The position numbers were made by a program, and so were the translations under genes. Positions 50,485-60,433 of a stretch of DNA of 64,000 nucleotides are shown here, piece after piece; position 1 is the first letter of the stretch; each line of letters begins with the position of its first letter. Source of the stretch: an uncultured Planctomycetia bacterium. GTDB taxonomy: Bacteria; Omnitrophota; Gorgyraeia; 2-02-FULL-51-18. Below the pieces are notes generated by a model that ran no database searches, was not told the DNA's origin, and was given only the letters and a program-made list of their open reading frames with translations. The stretch spans positions 5,763 through 69,762 of the forward strand of contig CAYODQ010000002.1 of assembly GCA_964402785.1 (NCBI GenBank), given 5' to 3'.

Positions 50485-51267
50485 TTAAATTCCCTGTAAA
50501 TAATGGATATACCAAGTTGCAATTTGTTGTCCAAAAAAAATAAAGATCACAGCGCCCGCCGCCAAATAAGGCCCAAAAGGGATCAGCTCATCTCCCTTTT
50601 TTATACGCAAATAAACCCCGATCACGGAACCGATCAGCGATGACAAAAAGATCGTCCACAAAACACCCTGCCACCCGATGACCGCACCGATCCCTGCCAA
50701 AAGCTTCACATCCCCGCCGCCCATGGCTTCTTTTTTAAGAACCCATTCGGCAATCGTGCCCGCCGCGTATAAAAAACCGCCGCCCAACAACATCCCAGCA
50801 AAAGACAACAAAAATCCCATCCAATGGCTATCAACCCCGTGTATACCTGGAAATACGGCGGACGCGACGAGTCCGATCACGATCGTCGATAACGTGATCT
50901 CATCGGGAATGATCCGATAACGAAAATCAATGATGCTTTGTGCCAAAAGCCCCAGCGTCAGATACAAATACAGAAAACCTTTGGGCGTGGGCCCAAAAAC
51001 AACATAAAATATGACAAAAATAACGCCCGTGATCGCTTCTATAAAAGGATATTGCCAAGAGATCTTGGCTTTGCAATGCCGGCACTTGGCACCCAAGATC
51101 AAAAAACTCAGGATTGGTAAATTATCGTACCAAGCGATCGCTTTTTGGCAGCCAAAACAATGAGAGCCCGGAAAAACAATAGACTCTTCTTTGGGCATCC
51201 GAAGAATACAAACATTCAAAAAGCTTCCGATCATGCTCCCAAAAATAAATGCTATGACGTGAGGCAA
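50485..51267 (-). CDS. pilD: Prepilin peptidase (A24)
   Basis: GSFLNV.I.R.P, CxxC...CxxC, MGGGDVKL, IPFGPYL. Confidence 0.93.
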   Translation of the reverse strand: MPHVIAFIFGSMIGSFLNVCILRMPKEESIVFPGSHCFGCQKAIAWYDNLPILSFLILGAKCRHCKAKISWQYPFIEAITGVIFVIFYVVFGPTPKGFLYLYLTLGLLAQSIIDFRYRIIPDEITLSTIVIGLVASAVFPGIHGVDSHWMGFLLSFAGMLLGGGFLYAAGTIAEWVLKKEAMGGGDVKLLAGIGAVIGWQGVLWTIFLSSLIGSVIGVYLRIKKGDELIPFGPYLAAGAVIFIFFGQQIATWYIHYLQGI

Positions 51268-52118
51268 TTTAATAGCTCCTTATGCATGATCTCTCTGACA
51301 GCATCATTTCGGCCCGTCCATAATTCAAATGAAAGAGCGGCCTGATTCGCAAGCATGCCCAACCCATTTGCGCATGGAATACCCAGCTTTTTGGCTTCTT
51401 TAAGCCAAACAGTCTCTCTGGGAGTATACACAAGATCATACGCAGCTTTCGGCTGATGAAGATTTTTTAATTCCATTGGAGAGTGTTGGGATTTCATGCC
51501 CACGGACGTGGCATTCAAGACCAGATCAAAACGCTCGCGAGACACATCCTCCGCAGATGCTGCGCTGATCTCGGTTTCTGGAAAATAGGTTTGCGCATAT
51601 TCGGCCAGGCCTTCCGCTCGCTCCGCAGTGCGGTTGTGAATACGAACAATATCCGCATTGGCACGTGCGAGCGCAAATAAAGCGCCGCGCGCCGCGCCCC
51701 CCGCTCCCAAGATCAAAATGGATTTGCCATCGGGATTAAAATTAAGCTCTTCTTTGAGTGCGCGAAGAAGTCCAGGCCCATCCGTGTTGAATCCCAAAAG
51801 CTGGCCGTCTTTATTCACGACTGTGTTGATGGCACCCGTCGCTCTATCCAGATCCTCTGGTATCTCATCAATAAAATCGAGAGCAAGCTCTTTAAAAGGA
51901 ATAGTCAAATTGACGCCGCGAATACCCAGCGATCGGATCCCTTCAAATGCCAACGCAAGCGCATTGGGATCCACTTCAAACGCCATGTAAGCGCAATTCA
52001 TACCCAGTTGTTTGAAAGCGGCATTGTGTAGCTGCGGTGACAGAGATTGTCGGATGGGATTTCCCAACACTCCGTAGAGCTGCGTTTGACTGTCTATCGT
52101 CCTATCTTCATGTTTCAA
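51252..52118 (-). CDS. aroE: Shikimate dehydrogenase
   Basis: SLSP..HN, NLTIPFKE, AINT, NTD, GAGGAAR; TTG start at 52118 after GGGAGG. Confidence 0.94.
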   Translation of the reverse strand: MKHEDRTIDSQTQLYGVLGNPIRQSLSPQLHNAAFKQLGMNCAYMAFEVDPNALALAFEGIRSLGIRGVNLTIPFKELALDFIDEIPEDLDRATGAINTVVNKDGQLLGFNTDGPGLLRALKEELNFNPDGKSILILGAGGAARGALFALARANADIVRIHNRTAERAEGLAEYAQTYFPETEISAASAEDVSRERFDLVLNATSVGMKSQHSPMELKNLHQPKAAYDLVYTPRETVWLKEAKKLGIPCANGLGMLANQAALSFELWTGRNDAVREIMHKELLNCLTS

Positions 52119-52156
52119 AGAGACACCCTCCCCTTTTTCAAGCAAACCCAAACCAC

Positions 52157-52186
52157 TTTTCCAGGGATCATGGGATCCCTGGAAAA
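52157..52186 (-). terminator. Strong hairpin directly after the leuA stop (putative terminator or stabiliser)
   Basis: TTTTCCAGGGATC-4 nt-GATCCCTGGAAAA, a perfect 13-bp stem; the U tract is weak. Confidence 0.5.
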
Positions 52187-52193
52187 CGCCAAC

Positions 52194-53750
52194 TTAGACG
52201 CCGTGATCTGACTTGCTGTTCTTTGAAACTTGCGAGCGATAGACCAGTTTATTGAGTGCATCAAGGTAGGCCCTGACACTGGCTTCAATAACGTCCGTGC
52301 TCAATCCTTGTCCCAAGATGACTTGTCCGCTCGGGCCTTTGATCTTGACCGTGACTTCGCCTTGCGCGTCTTTGCCCACGGTTACCGAGCGAATTTGATA
52401 ATCGAGAAGCTTGGTTTTACACGAGACCATCTTATCGATCACCTTGTACGCGGCATCCACCGGGCCAGAGCCCGTGCCGGACGCAGACACTGCTTTGTGT
52501 TTGTCTTTTAAGCGGATTGAAACTTTTGGAGCTTTGCCGCTCTCGCTTAAAACAGACAAATGAAGCAGTTGGTACACCTTCGGTGTCGATGAGATCTCGC
52601 TGTCTACCAGCGCTATCAAGTCATCATCAAAAACTTCTTTTTTCTTATCAGCCAATGCTTTGAAATTGCCGAACACTCTATCGAGCTCTTTAGCATTGAG
52701 CGTAAAATTGAGTTTGGCTAAACGTGTCTCCAGCGCGTGACGCCCAGAGTGTTTGCCCAATACGATCTGCGTTTCACCAAAGCCCACATCTTCAGGCTTC
52801 ATGATCTCATATGTTTTTCGGTGCTTGAGCAGGCCGTCCTGATGGATGCCTGATTCGTGAGAAAATGCATTTTTGCCAACCACGGCTTTATTGGGCTGCA
52901 CCACCATGCCTGTGAGAGCACTCACCAGCCGGCTTGTCTTACAGATCTGATCTTTTTGGATGTCCGTATAAAGATCGCCAAATGCGTCCCGGCGCGTATC
53001 GAGTGCCATCACGATCTCTTCCATCGCAGCATTGCCGGCTCGCTCGCCGATCCCGTTCACCGTGCACTCGATCTGACGTGCGCCATTTTTGATCGCTGAC
53101 AATGAATTGGCCACTGCCAACCCAAGATCATTGTGACAATGCACACTGATGATCGCGCGATCCATGTTGGGCACATTGCGAAAAATACCTTCAATGAGCT
53201 TTCCAAACTCAAAGGGCGTGGTGTATCCCACGGTATCCGGGATATTCACAACCGTCGCACCCGCATCGATCACAGCTTCGACGACCTCGTATAAAAAGTC
53301 AGGCTCGGTGCGCGAAGCATCTTCCGGCGAAAACTCCACCTGAGCCACACGGTTCCGGGCATATTTGACCGACTCCGCTGCCAAGCGCACGATCTCTTCT
53401 TTGGCTTTGTTCAATTTATATTTGCGATGAATAGCGGAGGTTGCCAAAAAAACATGCAACCTTGCGTTCTTGGCGGGCTTGAGGCAATCCAAAGCCACAT
53501 CCATATCTTTTTGGACAGCACGAGCCAGCGCGCAAATAGTGGGTCCCTTGACGTCCTTGGCGATTTGTTTCACCGCCGCAGCATCACCGGGAGATGTGAT
53601 CGGAAAACCGGCTTCGATGATATCCACCTTGAGTGCGGCCAACTGACGGGCGATCTCCAACTTGGCCTTGGCATCCAAACTGGCGCCCGGCGATTGTTCG
53701 CCATCTCTCAATGTGGTGTCAAAAATAAATATCTTATTTGATTCGTTCAT
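52194..53750 (-). CDS. leuA: 2-isopropylmalate synthase
   Basis: DTTLRDGEQ, HCHNDLG, GERAGN, HESGIHQDG, C-terminal regulatory domain. Confidence 0.97.
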   Translation of the reverse strand: MNESNKIFIFDTTLRDGEQSPGASLDAKAKLEIARQLAALKVDIIEAGFPITSPGDAAAVKQIAKDVKGPTICALARAVQKDMDVALDCLKPAKNARLHVFLATSAIHRKYKLNKAKEEIVRLAAESVKYARNRVAQVEFSPEDASRTEPDFLYEVVEAVIDAGATVVNIPDTVGYTTPFEFGKLIEGIFRNVPNMDRAIISVHCHNDLGLAVANSLSAIKNGARQIECTVNGIGERAGNAAMEEIVMALDTRRDAFGDLYTDIQKDQICKTSRLVSALTGMVVQPNKAVVGKNAFSHESGIHQDGLLKHRKTYEIMKPEDVGFGETQIVLGKHSGRHALETRLAKLNFTLNAKELDRVFGNFKALADKKKEVFDDDLIALVDSEISSTPKVYQLLHLSVLSESGKAPKVSIRLKDKHKAVSASGTGSGPVDAAYKVIDKMVSCKTKLLDYQIRSVTVGKDAQGEVTVKIKGPSGQVILGQGLSTDVIEASVRAYLDALNKLVYRSQVSKNSKSDHGV

Positions 53751-53796
53751 GGCTGTATCCTTCTAAATGTTTGCAAACGTGTTGGTTTAAAATCCA

Positions 53797-53895
53797 TCAT
53801 TCCATGGACCCAAGCTGGGTCAAAGCTCCGCTGCATCGCCTTTCGGCGAGTAGCTGCTTCATTTCTAGGATGAGGATCAACACGTGCTTTGTCAT
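53797..53895 (-). CDS. Putative leuA leader peptide MTKHVLILILEMKQLLAERRCSGALTQLGSME
   Basis: Manual translation: ATG ACA AAG CAC GTG TTG ATC CTC ATC CTA ... CTA CTC ... TGA, with clustered Val/Leu/Ile codons, directly upstream of leuA. Confidence 0.65.
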   Translation of the reverse strand: MTKHVLILILEMKQLLAERRCSGALTQLGSME

Positions 53896-53905
53896 TTGAG
53901 CTTTT

Positions 53906-54892
53906 TTACAGCCACTTCATCATGCCGCGCAATTTTGCACCCACCACTTCGATGGAATGCTTGTCGTCTGCATGGCGTAATTTTTCGAATTTTTTCTTGC
54001 CGGCTTTATAGTCACCCAAAAATTCTTTGACGAATTTACCGGATTGGATCTCTTTTAATATTTTCTTCATTTCTTTACGTGTCTTGTCGTTTACAACACG
54101 AGGACCGCGAGTCAGATCACCGAACTCAGCCGTATCGGAGACGCGCTTTCTCATACCCTGAATACCCGTGGCATAGATCATGTCGGTGATGAGCTTGAGC
54201 TCATGCAAACACTCAAAATAAGCGATCTCTGGCTGATACCCGGCCTTGACCAGCGTATCAAACCCCGCCTTGACCAATGCTGCGGTGCCGCCGCAAAGAA
54301 CACTTTGCTCACCAAAAAGATCGGTCTCGGTCTCTTCTTTGAAGGTTGTCTCCAACACGCCCGCACGTGTGCCGCCTAAACCTTTGGCGTAAGACAGAGC
54401 CAATTTCTTAGCCTGTCCGGTACCATCCTGATAAACCGCGAACAAACATGGCACACCTTTACCTTCTTCATACAAACGGCGAACCAGGCTTCCGGGGCCC
54501 TTGGGAGCCACCATGAACACGTCCACGCCTTTGGGTGGGACGATCTGTTTAAAGTGAATATTAAATCCATGTGAGAAAGCCAACGCCTTGCCTTTGGTCA
54601 AATACGGCGCAACGGATGTTTTGTAGATCTCGGCCTGAAGAGGATCTTGAGCTAAAATAATGATCACATCCGCACGACGCGCAGCTTCGGCTGCATCCAC
54701 AGGATCGAATCCGTCTTTTTTCGCCATGTCATAATTGGCTCCACCGGGCCTCTGAGATACGATCACTTTGACACCGCTGTCACGCAAATTGAGCGCCTGC
54801 CCGCGGCCCTGGATACCGTACCCGATCACGGCTACAGTTTTATTCTTGATGATATTCAGATCTGCGTCTTTGTCGTAATAAATTTTTGCCAT
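53906..54892 (-). CDS. ilvC: Ketol-acid reductoisomerase (short class I)
   Basis: [40 protein letters not shown]. Confidence 0.97.
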   Translation of the reverse strand: MAKIYYDKDADLNIIKNKTVAVIGYGIQGRGQALNLRDSGVKVIVSQRPGGANYDMAKKDGFDPVDAAEAARRADVIIILAQDPLQAEIYKTSVAPYLTKGKALAFSHGFNIHFKQIVPPKGVDVFMVAPKGPGSLVRRLYEEGKGVPCLFAVYQDGTGQAKKLALSYAKGLGGTRAGVLETTFKEETETDLFGEQSVLCGGTAALVKAGFDTLVKAGYQPEIAYFECLHELKLITDMIYATGIQGMRKRVSDTAEFGDLTRGPRVVNDKTRKEMKKILKEIQSGKFVKEFLGDYKAGKKKFEKLRHADDKHSIEVVGAKLRGMMKWL

Positions 54893-54903
54893 TTTAGACT
54901 CCT

Positions 54904-55407
54904 TTATTCTTTTTTAGAAAGTGCCACTGCGCCCGTTTGCGCGATCTCGTGAATACCCATCTGCGTCAAGATCCCGAAAAGCTTCTTGGTATTTTCCCGG
55001 GACTCCACACATTCCAAAGTGATAAATTTTGTCGTCTCTTCGATGATGCGGATACGAAACTGCTTCATCAATTCTTCGATCTTGTGTTTGGCTGGCGTTT
55101 GATTAACGATCTTAACCAGCATCAACTCGCGATCCACATACCCTTCTTCGCTCAGATCCTGAACCTTGATCACATCGATCAGCTTATTGAGCTGCTTTTT
55201 GACCTGCTCAAGCGTACGTTGATCACCCGCTGCCACCAACGTGATGCGCGACATAGTGGGATCTTCCGTCTCACCCACTGCCAACGAATCGATATTGAAA
55301 CCACGCGCCGAAAAAAGCCCCACGACATGCGACAAGACGCCGGCGCGATTCTCAACCAGCACAGAAATAATCCTGTGTTCTATAGGTGTTGCATCATGTA
55401 CCGCCAT
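54904..55407 (-). CDS. ilvN: Acetolactate synthase small subunit
   Basis: LVEN..GVL...[30 protein letters not shown]. Confidence 0.95.
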   Translation of the reverse strand: MAVHDATPIEHRIISVLVENRAGVLSHVVGLFSARGFNIDSLAVGETEDPTMSRITLVAAGDQRTLEQVKKQLNKLIDVIKVQDLSEEGYVDRELMLVKIVNQTPAKHKIEELMKQFRIRIIEETTKFITLECVESRENTKKLFGILTQMGIHEIAQTGAVALSKKE

Positions 55408-55416
55408 AAATCTCCT

Positions 55417-57093
55417 TTAAGCCATATCCATGATTTCTTCGAAGGACTTGCCCGAAGGAATCATGGGATACACATTTTCTTCCTCACGCACAACAATATC
55501 CAGGATCACCGGACGGTCCGTTATAGTGAGAGACCATTTGATCGCTTCATCCAATTCAGCTTTTTTGGATACGCGCCGCCCTGCCCCACCGTACGCCTCG
55601 CTGAGCTTGACGAAATCGGGATTGCCGTTCATCACGGAGCTGGAATAGCGGTGATTGTAAAATGCCTCTTGCCACTGGCGCACCATACCCAAATGATTAT
55701 TATTGATGATCGCGATGATCACCGGGAGCTTGTTGACCACAGCGGTCGCAAGTTCCTGGATATTCATCTGAATAGAACCGTCACCCGTGATACAAAGAAC
55801 ACGCTTTTTGGGGAACGCGAACTTTGCGCCAATCGCGGCCGGAAAACCATAGCCCATGGTTCCCAGCCCGCCGCTGGTCAAAAATTGATTGGGCCCGCTA
55901 AAACGATAATACTGCGCTGCCCACATCTGGTGCTGACCCACGTCCGTCGATACGATCGCATCAGGACCCACGACCTCAGCCAAGCGCTGCACAGCATACT
56001 GAGGACGGATCTCAAGGCTGTCATCTTTGTACCGAAGAGGGCTCTCTTTTTTCCAGGCTTCGATATCGGCGAGCCATGCTTTGGTATCGGCAGGCTTGGC
56101 GATCTTATTGAGCTCTTGTAATACCTGCTTCACATCGCCCACGATCGGAACATCCACTTTCACATTCTTGGAAATAGCGGATGGATCCACATCGATGTGT
56201 ATGATCTTCGCTGTCGGAGCAAATTTTTTGAGGTCACCCGTGACGCGATCATCAAAACGCGCACCCACTGCGATCAAAAGATCGCTTTCATGCACCGCGC
56301 GATTGGCATACACCGTGCCATGCATACCCAACATCCCCATAAAAAGCGGATGAGTACCCGGCACACCGCCCAACCCCATCAAGGTGTTGGTGCAAGGCGC
56401 TTTGGTCTTCTCTACAAATTCGATAAGCTCTTTTGCGGCTCCGGCGATGATGACACCGCCGCCCGTATAAATAACCGGCTTTTTGGATTCTTGTATCAAA
56501 GTAGCCGCTTTTTTGATCTGCCCCGAGTGTGCCGGAAGCGGCGCTTTGAAGCCACGCACACTCACAGTTTCAGGATAATTAAACTCACCCTTCATCAAAC
56601 TCACGTCCGATGGAAAATCGATAAGCACGGGACCTGGACGGCCATGAGTCGCAATGTAAAAAGCTTCTTTTAAAATGCGCGGCACATCTTTGATATCTTT
56701 CACCAAATAATTATGCTTGGTGATAGGGCGAGTGATGCCTGTGACATCCGCCTCTTGAAATGCATCGTTTCCGATCAAAAATGATTTCACTTGGCCCGTC
56801 AAAACCACCAGCGGGATCGAATCCATGTAAGCATCTGCAATACCGGTAACGGTATTGGTGGCGCCCGGACCTGACGTCACCACCACCACGCCGCAACGGC
56901 CGGTTGAGCGAGCGTAACCCTCGGCCATGTGAACCGCGCCTTGTTCATGGCGCACAAGAACAACTTTAAATTTGGCATCATACAACGCATCAAAGATCGG
57001 CAAACAAGCGCCGCCCGGAAGCCCGAATACAAAATCCACGCCTTCTTTAGAGAAAGCTTCCACCACCATTTGTGCGCCGGTCATAACAGACAT
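55417..57093 (-). CDS. ilvB: Acetolactate synthase large subunit
   Basis: RHEQGA, TSGPGATN, DVGQHQMWAAQ, GDGS..MN.QEL, LGMVRQWQ. Confidence 0.97.
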   Translation of the reverse strand: MSVMTGAQMVVEAFSKEGVDFVFGLPGGACLPIFDALYDAKFKVVLVRHEQGAVHMAEGYARSTGRCGVVVVTSGPGATNTVTGIADAYMDSIPLVVLTGQVKSFLIGNDAFQEADVTGITRPITKHNYLVKDIKDVPRILKEAFYIATHGRPGPVLIDFPSDVSLMKGEFNYPETVSVRGFKAPLPAHSGQIKKAATLIQESKKPVIYTGGGVIIAGAAKELIEFVEKTKAPCTNTLMGLGGVPGTHPLFMGMLGMHGTVYANRAVHESDLLIAVGARFDDRVTGDLKKFAPTAKIIHIDVDPSAISKNVKVDVPIVGDVKQVLQELNKIAKPADTKAWLADIEAWKKESPLRYKDDSLEIRPQYAVQRLAEVVGPDAIVSTDVGQHQMWAAQYYRFSGPNQFLTSGGLGTMGYGFPAAIGAKFAFPKKRVLCITGDGSIQMNIQELATAVVNKLPVIIAIINNNHLGMVRQWQEAFYNHRYSSSVMNGNPDFVKLSEAYGGAGRRVSKKAELDEAIKWSLTITDRPVILDIVVREEENVYPMIPSGKSFEEIMDMA

Positions 57094-57153
57094 AGTTCCC
57101 CCTCAAAAGTTGCTTATTTACGGTCAATCGCTGTCCAAATTAGTAAATTTCGT

Positions 57154-57181
57154 ATTATATCACGAAACAAAGCGGTGGCAA
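57154..57181 (-). promoter_or_regulatory. Sigma70 promoter of ilvB
   Basis: TTGCCA (57181-57176), 16-nt spacer ending in TGa, TATAAT (57159-57154). Confidence 0.7.
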
Positions 57182-57206
57182 GAAACAAGATTTTGAGGCA
57201 AGAAAT

Positions 57207-58427
57207 CTATTTTAACCCTATACAAACCCTTGGGATGCGACTGTGCAAAGCGCAGACGATCTCATAAGGTATTGTTTGGGACAAAGAAGCAAGGTCTTCG
57301 GCTGAAACAGACCTTCCTTTCTGCGATCCAATAAGCGTCACAGCATCCCAACGTCTGATTTTTTTGTCCAACCCTATATCCACCAAGGTTTGATCCATGG
57401 TCACCCGGCCCGCAACCGGATATTTTTTTTCGCGTATCAGCACCTGCGCCTTATTTGAGAATGCAACTCTATAACCATGGCTATAGCCGATCGGGAGGAT
57501 GGCAATGCGCGTTTTCTTTTTGGCTTTGTACGTCGATCCGTAGCTCACAGCGCGCCCCGCAGGCACTTCCTTGAGAAAAGAAATGCGAGCATACAAGCTT
57601 AAAACCGGCTTGAGGGATATTGGTAATTTTTTATTTTTCCACGGATTGAGGCCATACAACGCAATCCCCGGCCTCACGCAATTTTCATGTGCATCTGGAA
57701 ACCTGATCAAACCCAGGCTATTGGAAGTGTGGATATATCTTGGGCTGAACCCCGTATCTCTGACCTTTTCAAGGCACTTGCGAAATAATTTAAGCTGGTC
57801 ACGTGTGGCTCTGCCAACAATCTCGTCTGTATTGGCAAAATGAGTGTACAGCCCGTCCACCCGGATCTTTCCCCCTTTTCGGATGCGCGCTAAAAGCGGA
57901 TCCAATTCTTCATGCCACACACCCAAGCGGCCCATTCCTGTGTCCACTTTTAAATGAATGGGAAATGATGCATTTTCCGGCAAAAATCTTTCAAGCGCCT
58001 CCACATCTTCCTCGCAAGAAACCGTGGGCCTTATTTCCCACTCAACATATGAAGGCACCTGATTCGGATGAAAGCTCCCCAAAACAAGGATCTGCGCTCG
58101 CGGACAAATACGACGAAGCTCGGAGGCCTCCACCCAGTTGGCCACGCCAAAAAAACGCACACCCTCTTGATACAAAGTCCCGGCCACAGCTTTCATGCCA
58201 TGACCATACGCATCCGCTTTCACTATGGCTAAAATCTCAGAGTTAGCGACACGCACATGCTTCCGGATCTGTTTCAAATTATGCCGCAATGCATTGAGAT
58301 CGATCTCGATCCACACAAGCGGCCCCAAATTGCTCTTGGTTCGGAGTTCAGAGTTCGGAGTTCGGAGGTCGTTTCTGGTGACTGGTGCCTGGCGCTCTGG
58401 TGCTCTAGTTTGTGGTCTCTTCATCAT
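57207..58427 (-). CDS. alr: Alanine racemase with a repeat-derived N-terminal extension
   Basis: VKADAYGHG, HLKVDTGMGRLG, RPGIALYG, VSYG, GRVTMDQ. Start taken at the ATGA overlap with the tsaB stop. Confidence 0.95.
   Translation of the reverse strand: MMKRPQTRAPERQAPVTRNDLRTPNSELRTKSNLGPLVWIEIDLNALRHNLKQIRKHVRVANSEILAIVKADAYGHGMKAVAGTLYQEGVRFFGVANWVEASELRRICPRAQILVLGSFHPNQVPSYVEWEIRPTVSCEEDVEALERFLPENASFPIHLKVDTGMGRLGVWHEELDPLLARIRKGGKIRVDGLYTHFANTDEIVGRATRDQLKLFRKCLEKVRDTGFSPRYIHTSNSLGLIRFPDAHENCVRPGIALYGLNPWKNKKLPISLKPVLSLYARISFLKEVPAGRAVSYGSTYKAKKKTRIAILPIGYSHGYRVAFSNKAQVLIREKKYPVAGRVTMDQTLVDIGLDKKIRRWDAVTLIGSQKGRSVSAEDLASLSQTIPYEIVCALHSRIPRVCIGLK
58339..58407. repeat. Adjacent 7-mer (GGAGTTC) and 8-mer (TGGTGCYC-like) arrays within the alr 5' end
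   Basis: gttcggagttcagagttcggagttcggagg followed by tctggtgactggtgcctggcgctctggtgctc; encodes RAPERQAPVTRNDLRTPNSELRT. Confidence 0.8.
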
Positions 58428-59038
58428 TTCTTGATCGTCACATTGCAATCGCGCGGATGCAGATACTCAGGGTCTAATTTTGCCGGCGAGATAAATTTCC
58501 TGTTCCTCGCCAGCTCGCTGCCCGCCTCTGCGATCCATCGGGCCATAGGCTCGGCGCTTGTGATCACCCTGTATCCTCTTTTTTCAAATTTCTCGATGTC
58601 TGTCTGAGCGCGCAATGCGGGCTTGTCCGTTTCATGCACTCGCCCATGAACCAGTTCGTAAGCAGCGCCATAAACTTTTGCTTTGCGCGCATCCAGCAGA
58701 ACAGCCACTTTAGGATGCTCTTTTGACAACGACGATCTTGCGATCGCTTCCAAGCTCGATACACCCACAATCTTTTTGTTGAGAGCAAATGCCAACATTT
58801 TTGCAGTGACCACGGCCACTCGTATTCCTGTGAACGAGCCGGGCCCTAACCCTACAGCGATCACGTCTATATCCGCAATGCCTAGCTTTATCGATTTCAA
58901 CATTTTTTCAATAGCGGGTATCAGTGTGCTGGAATGTCTCTCCTGCGAGCTGTGATGGATCTCTTTGAGAATGGATCCGTTTACCCACACGGCCAAGCTG
59001 AGCACCTCGCTGGAAGTGTCAAAAGCCAATAGTTTCAC
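58424..59038 (-). CDS. tsaB: tRNA t6A biosynthesis protein TsaB
   Basis: LAFDTS, HS..L.P.I, GPGSFTGIR, LDARK, L.P.Y. Confidence 0.95.
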   Translation of the reverse strand: MKLLAFDTSSEVLSLAVWVNGSILKEIHHSSQERHSSTLIPAIEKMLKSIKLGIADIDVIAVGLGPGSFTGIRVAVVTAKMLAFALNKKIVGVSSLEAIARSSLSKEHPKVAVLLDARKAKVYGAAYELVHGRVHETDKPALRAQTDIEKFEKRGYRVITSAEPMARWIAEAGSELARNRKFISPAKLDPEYLHPRDCNVTIKK

Positions 59039-59514
59039 AGAGATCTCCTGATAGCCTCCACCAATTCAAGCCTTGTTTTGCGACCCGGGCTTATTTTTAG
59101 TTTCCGGGTATTTGGCGATACATGCCCGAACGAAAACCAGATCGTCTGCAAAGGCAGGCATCCTCTGCCCCGCTCTGGCCACTCCACGAATGTCACGGCC
59201 TTCGACGAAAAACACTCTTGCGCAAAATCTCGGTCAGCCCCTTCTACTTTTTTTAGGCGATACCAGTCCAAATGGAAAACCTTTTCTCGACCTTGATACT
59301 CATGGATCACTACAAATGTGGGGCTAGCTACCTCCGTCGACACCGGGACTTTGAGCCCCTGGCACACACCTTTCACCCAGGTCGTTTTTCCGGCTCCCAG
59401 CGCACCTTGAAGCGCAACAACATCGCCTGCCTTCAAAAAATTTCCTACTTTTTTCCCAAAAGCCATTGTTTCTTTGGCTGACGAAAGCGTGATCTCTAAT
59501 TTATTTTTTTTCAT
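59035..59514 (-). CDS. tsaE: tRNA t6A biosynthesis ATPase TsaE
   Basis: G.LGAGKT, SPTF, HLD.YRL, VEWPE; ATG at 59514. Confidence 0.95.
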   Translation of the reverse strand: MKKNKLEITLSSAKETMAFGKKVGNFLKAGDVVALQGALGAGKTTWVKGVCQGLKVPVSTEVASPTFVVIHEYQGREKVFHLDWYRLKKVEGADRDFAQECFSSKAVTFVEWPERGRGCLPLQTIWFSFGHVSPNTRKLKISPGRKTRLELVEAIRRSL

Positions 59515-60433
59515 TTTTAAAATGATCAAATCCTTGCAACTTGAGCGGCATACGCTTACCCTGAGCATCCAACAGGCGGATCGCACCCGCAACGTCGGTC
59601 ACTCTACCCACAGGATACACCCTCGAAGCAAATTTGGGAGAGGCCAAAATTTTGCGCGCATCTTTATCTGACACGGTGAAAAGCAGCTCAAAATCTTCTC
59701 CATCCGTCAACGCGCTCTCCAGCGACAAGGATCTCGAAGACCGGGGTATTTGAGGCGCAAATAGATCTGCCCCCACTCGGCTTTCCTCACAAATGTGTTT
59801 TAGGTCTGAGATAAGCCCGTCGGAGATATCCATCATCGAATGCAGCCGCACGAGCTTTGAAAGTTTTTGAGCGAGCTCGACCTGTGGCATAAAACGAAGA
59901 TGCTTCTTAGAAGCATAAGACCCGCCCAAAGCGCCTGTCACGAAGATATAATCACCACATTTGGCGCCGCTCCGAAGCACAGCTTTGCCTTTTGCGACTT
60001 CGCCCATCAAAGTCACCGCGATCGTGATCTTATCGCTTTGATTGGTATCGCCGCCCACGATCTCGACCGCAAAGCTGCGCGCTAAATCAGACAGTCCTCG
60101 CATCAGAGCATCCGCATACGTGATCTTAAGATTTGACGGCAACCCAACAGCCACCACCGCGTATTTGGGGATACCTGCCATAGCCGCGATATCGCTTAAA
60201 TTGACCGCCATTGCTTTTCTTCCGATCTCATACGGACTCGCATCACCTCTCTTGAAATGATGCCCTTCGATGAGCATGTCCGTCGTCAACAAAATATCTT
60301 TGTTGGTTCCCGGCAAAACAGCCGTATCATCTCCGATGCCTTTGATCCCGGCACGCCCGGGACGAAGTTTTTTTTGAAGTGATGCGATCCATCCGAATTC
60401 GCCCGCTTGCGAAAGCGTCTTTTTCATTTTCAT
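59501..60433 (-). CDS. thiL: Thiamine-monophosphate kinase
   Basis: GEF..I, GIGDD.A, VNLSDIAAM, GGDT, DISDGL, GEDFELLFT. Confidence 0.96.
   Translation of the reverse strand: MKMKKTLSQAGEFGWIASLQKKLRPGRAGIKGIGDDTAVLPGTNKDILLTTDMLIEGHHFKRGDASPYEIGRKAMAVNLSDIAAMAGIPKYAVVAVGLPSNLKITYADALMRGLSDLARSFAVEIVGGDTNQSDKITIAVTLMGEVAKGKAVLRSGAKCGDYIFVTGALGGSYASKKHLRFMPQVELAQKLSKLVRLHSMMDISDGLISDLKHICEESRVGADLFAPQIPRSSRSLSLESALTDGEDFELLFTVSDKDARKILASPKFASRVYPVGRVTDVAGAIRLLDAQGKRMPLKLQGFDHFKNEKK

Noticed and set aside
54937-56121. 394-aa plus-strand ORF, the longest of many plus-strand ORFs in the track
   Set aside because: It is an antisense shadow of ilvB/ilvN with no recognisable motifs. The same applies to the other plus-strand and nested ORFs.
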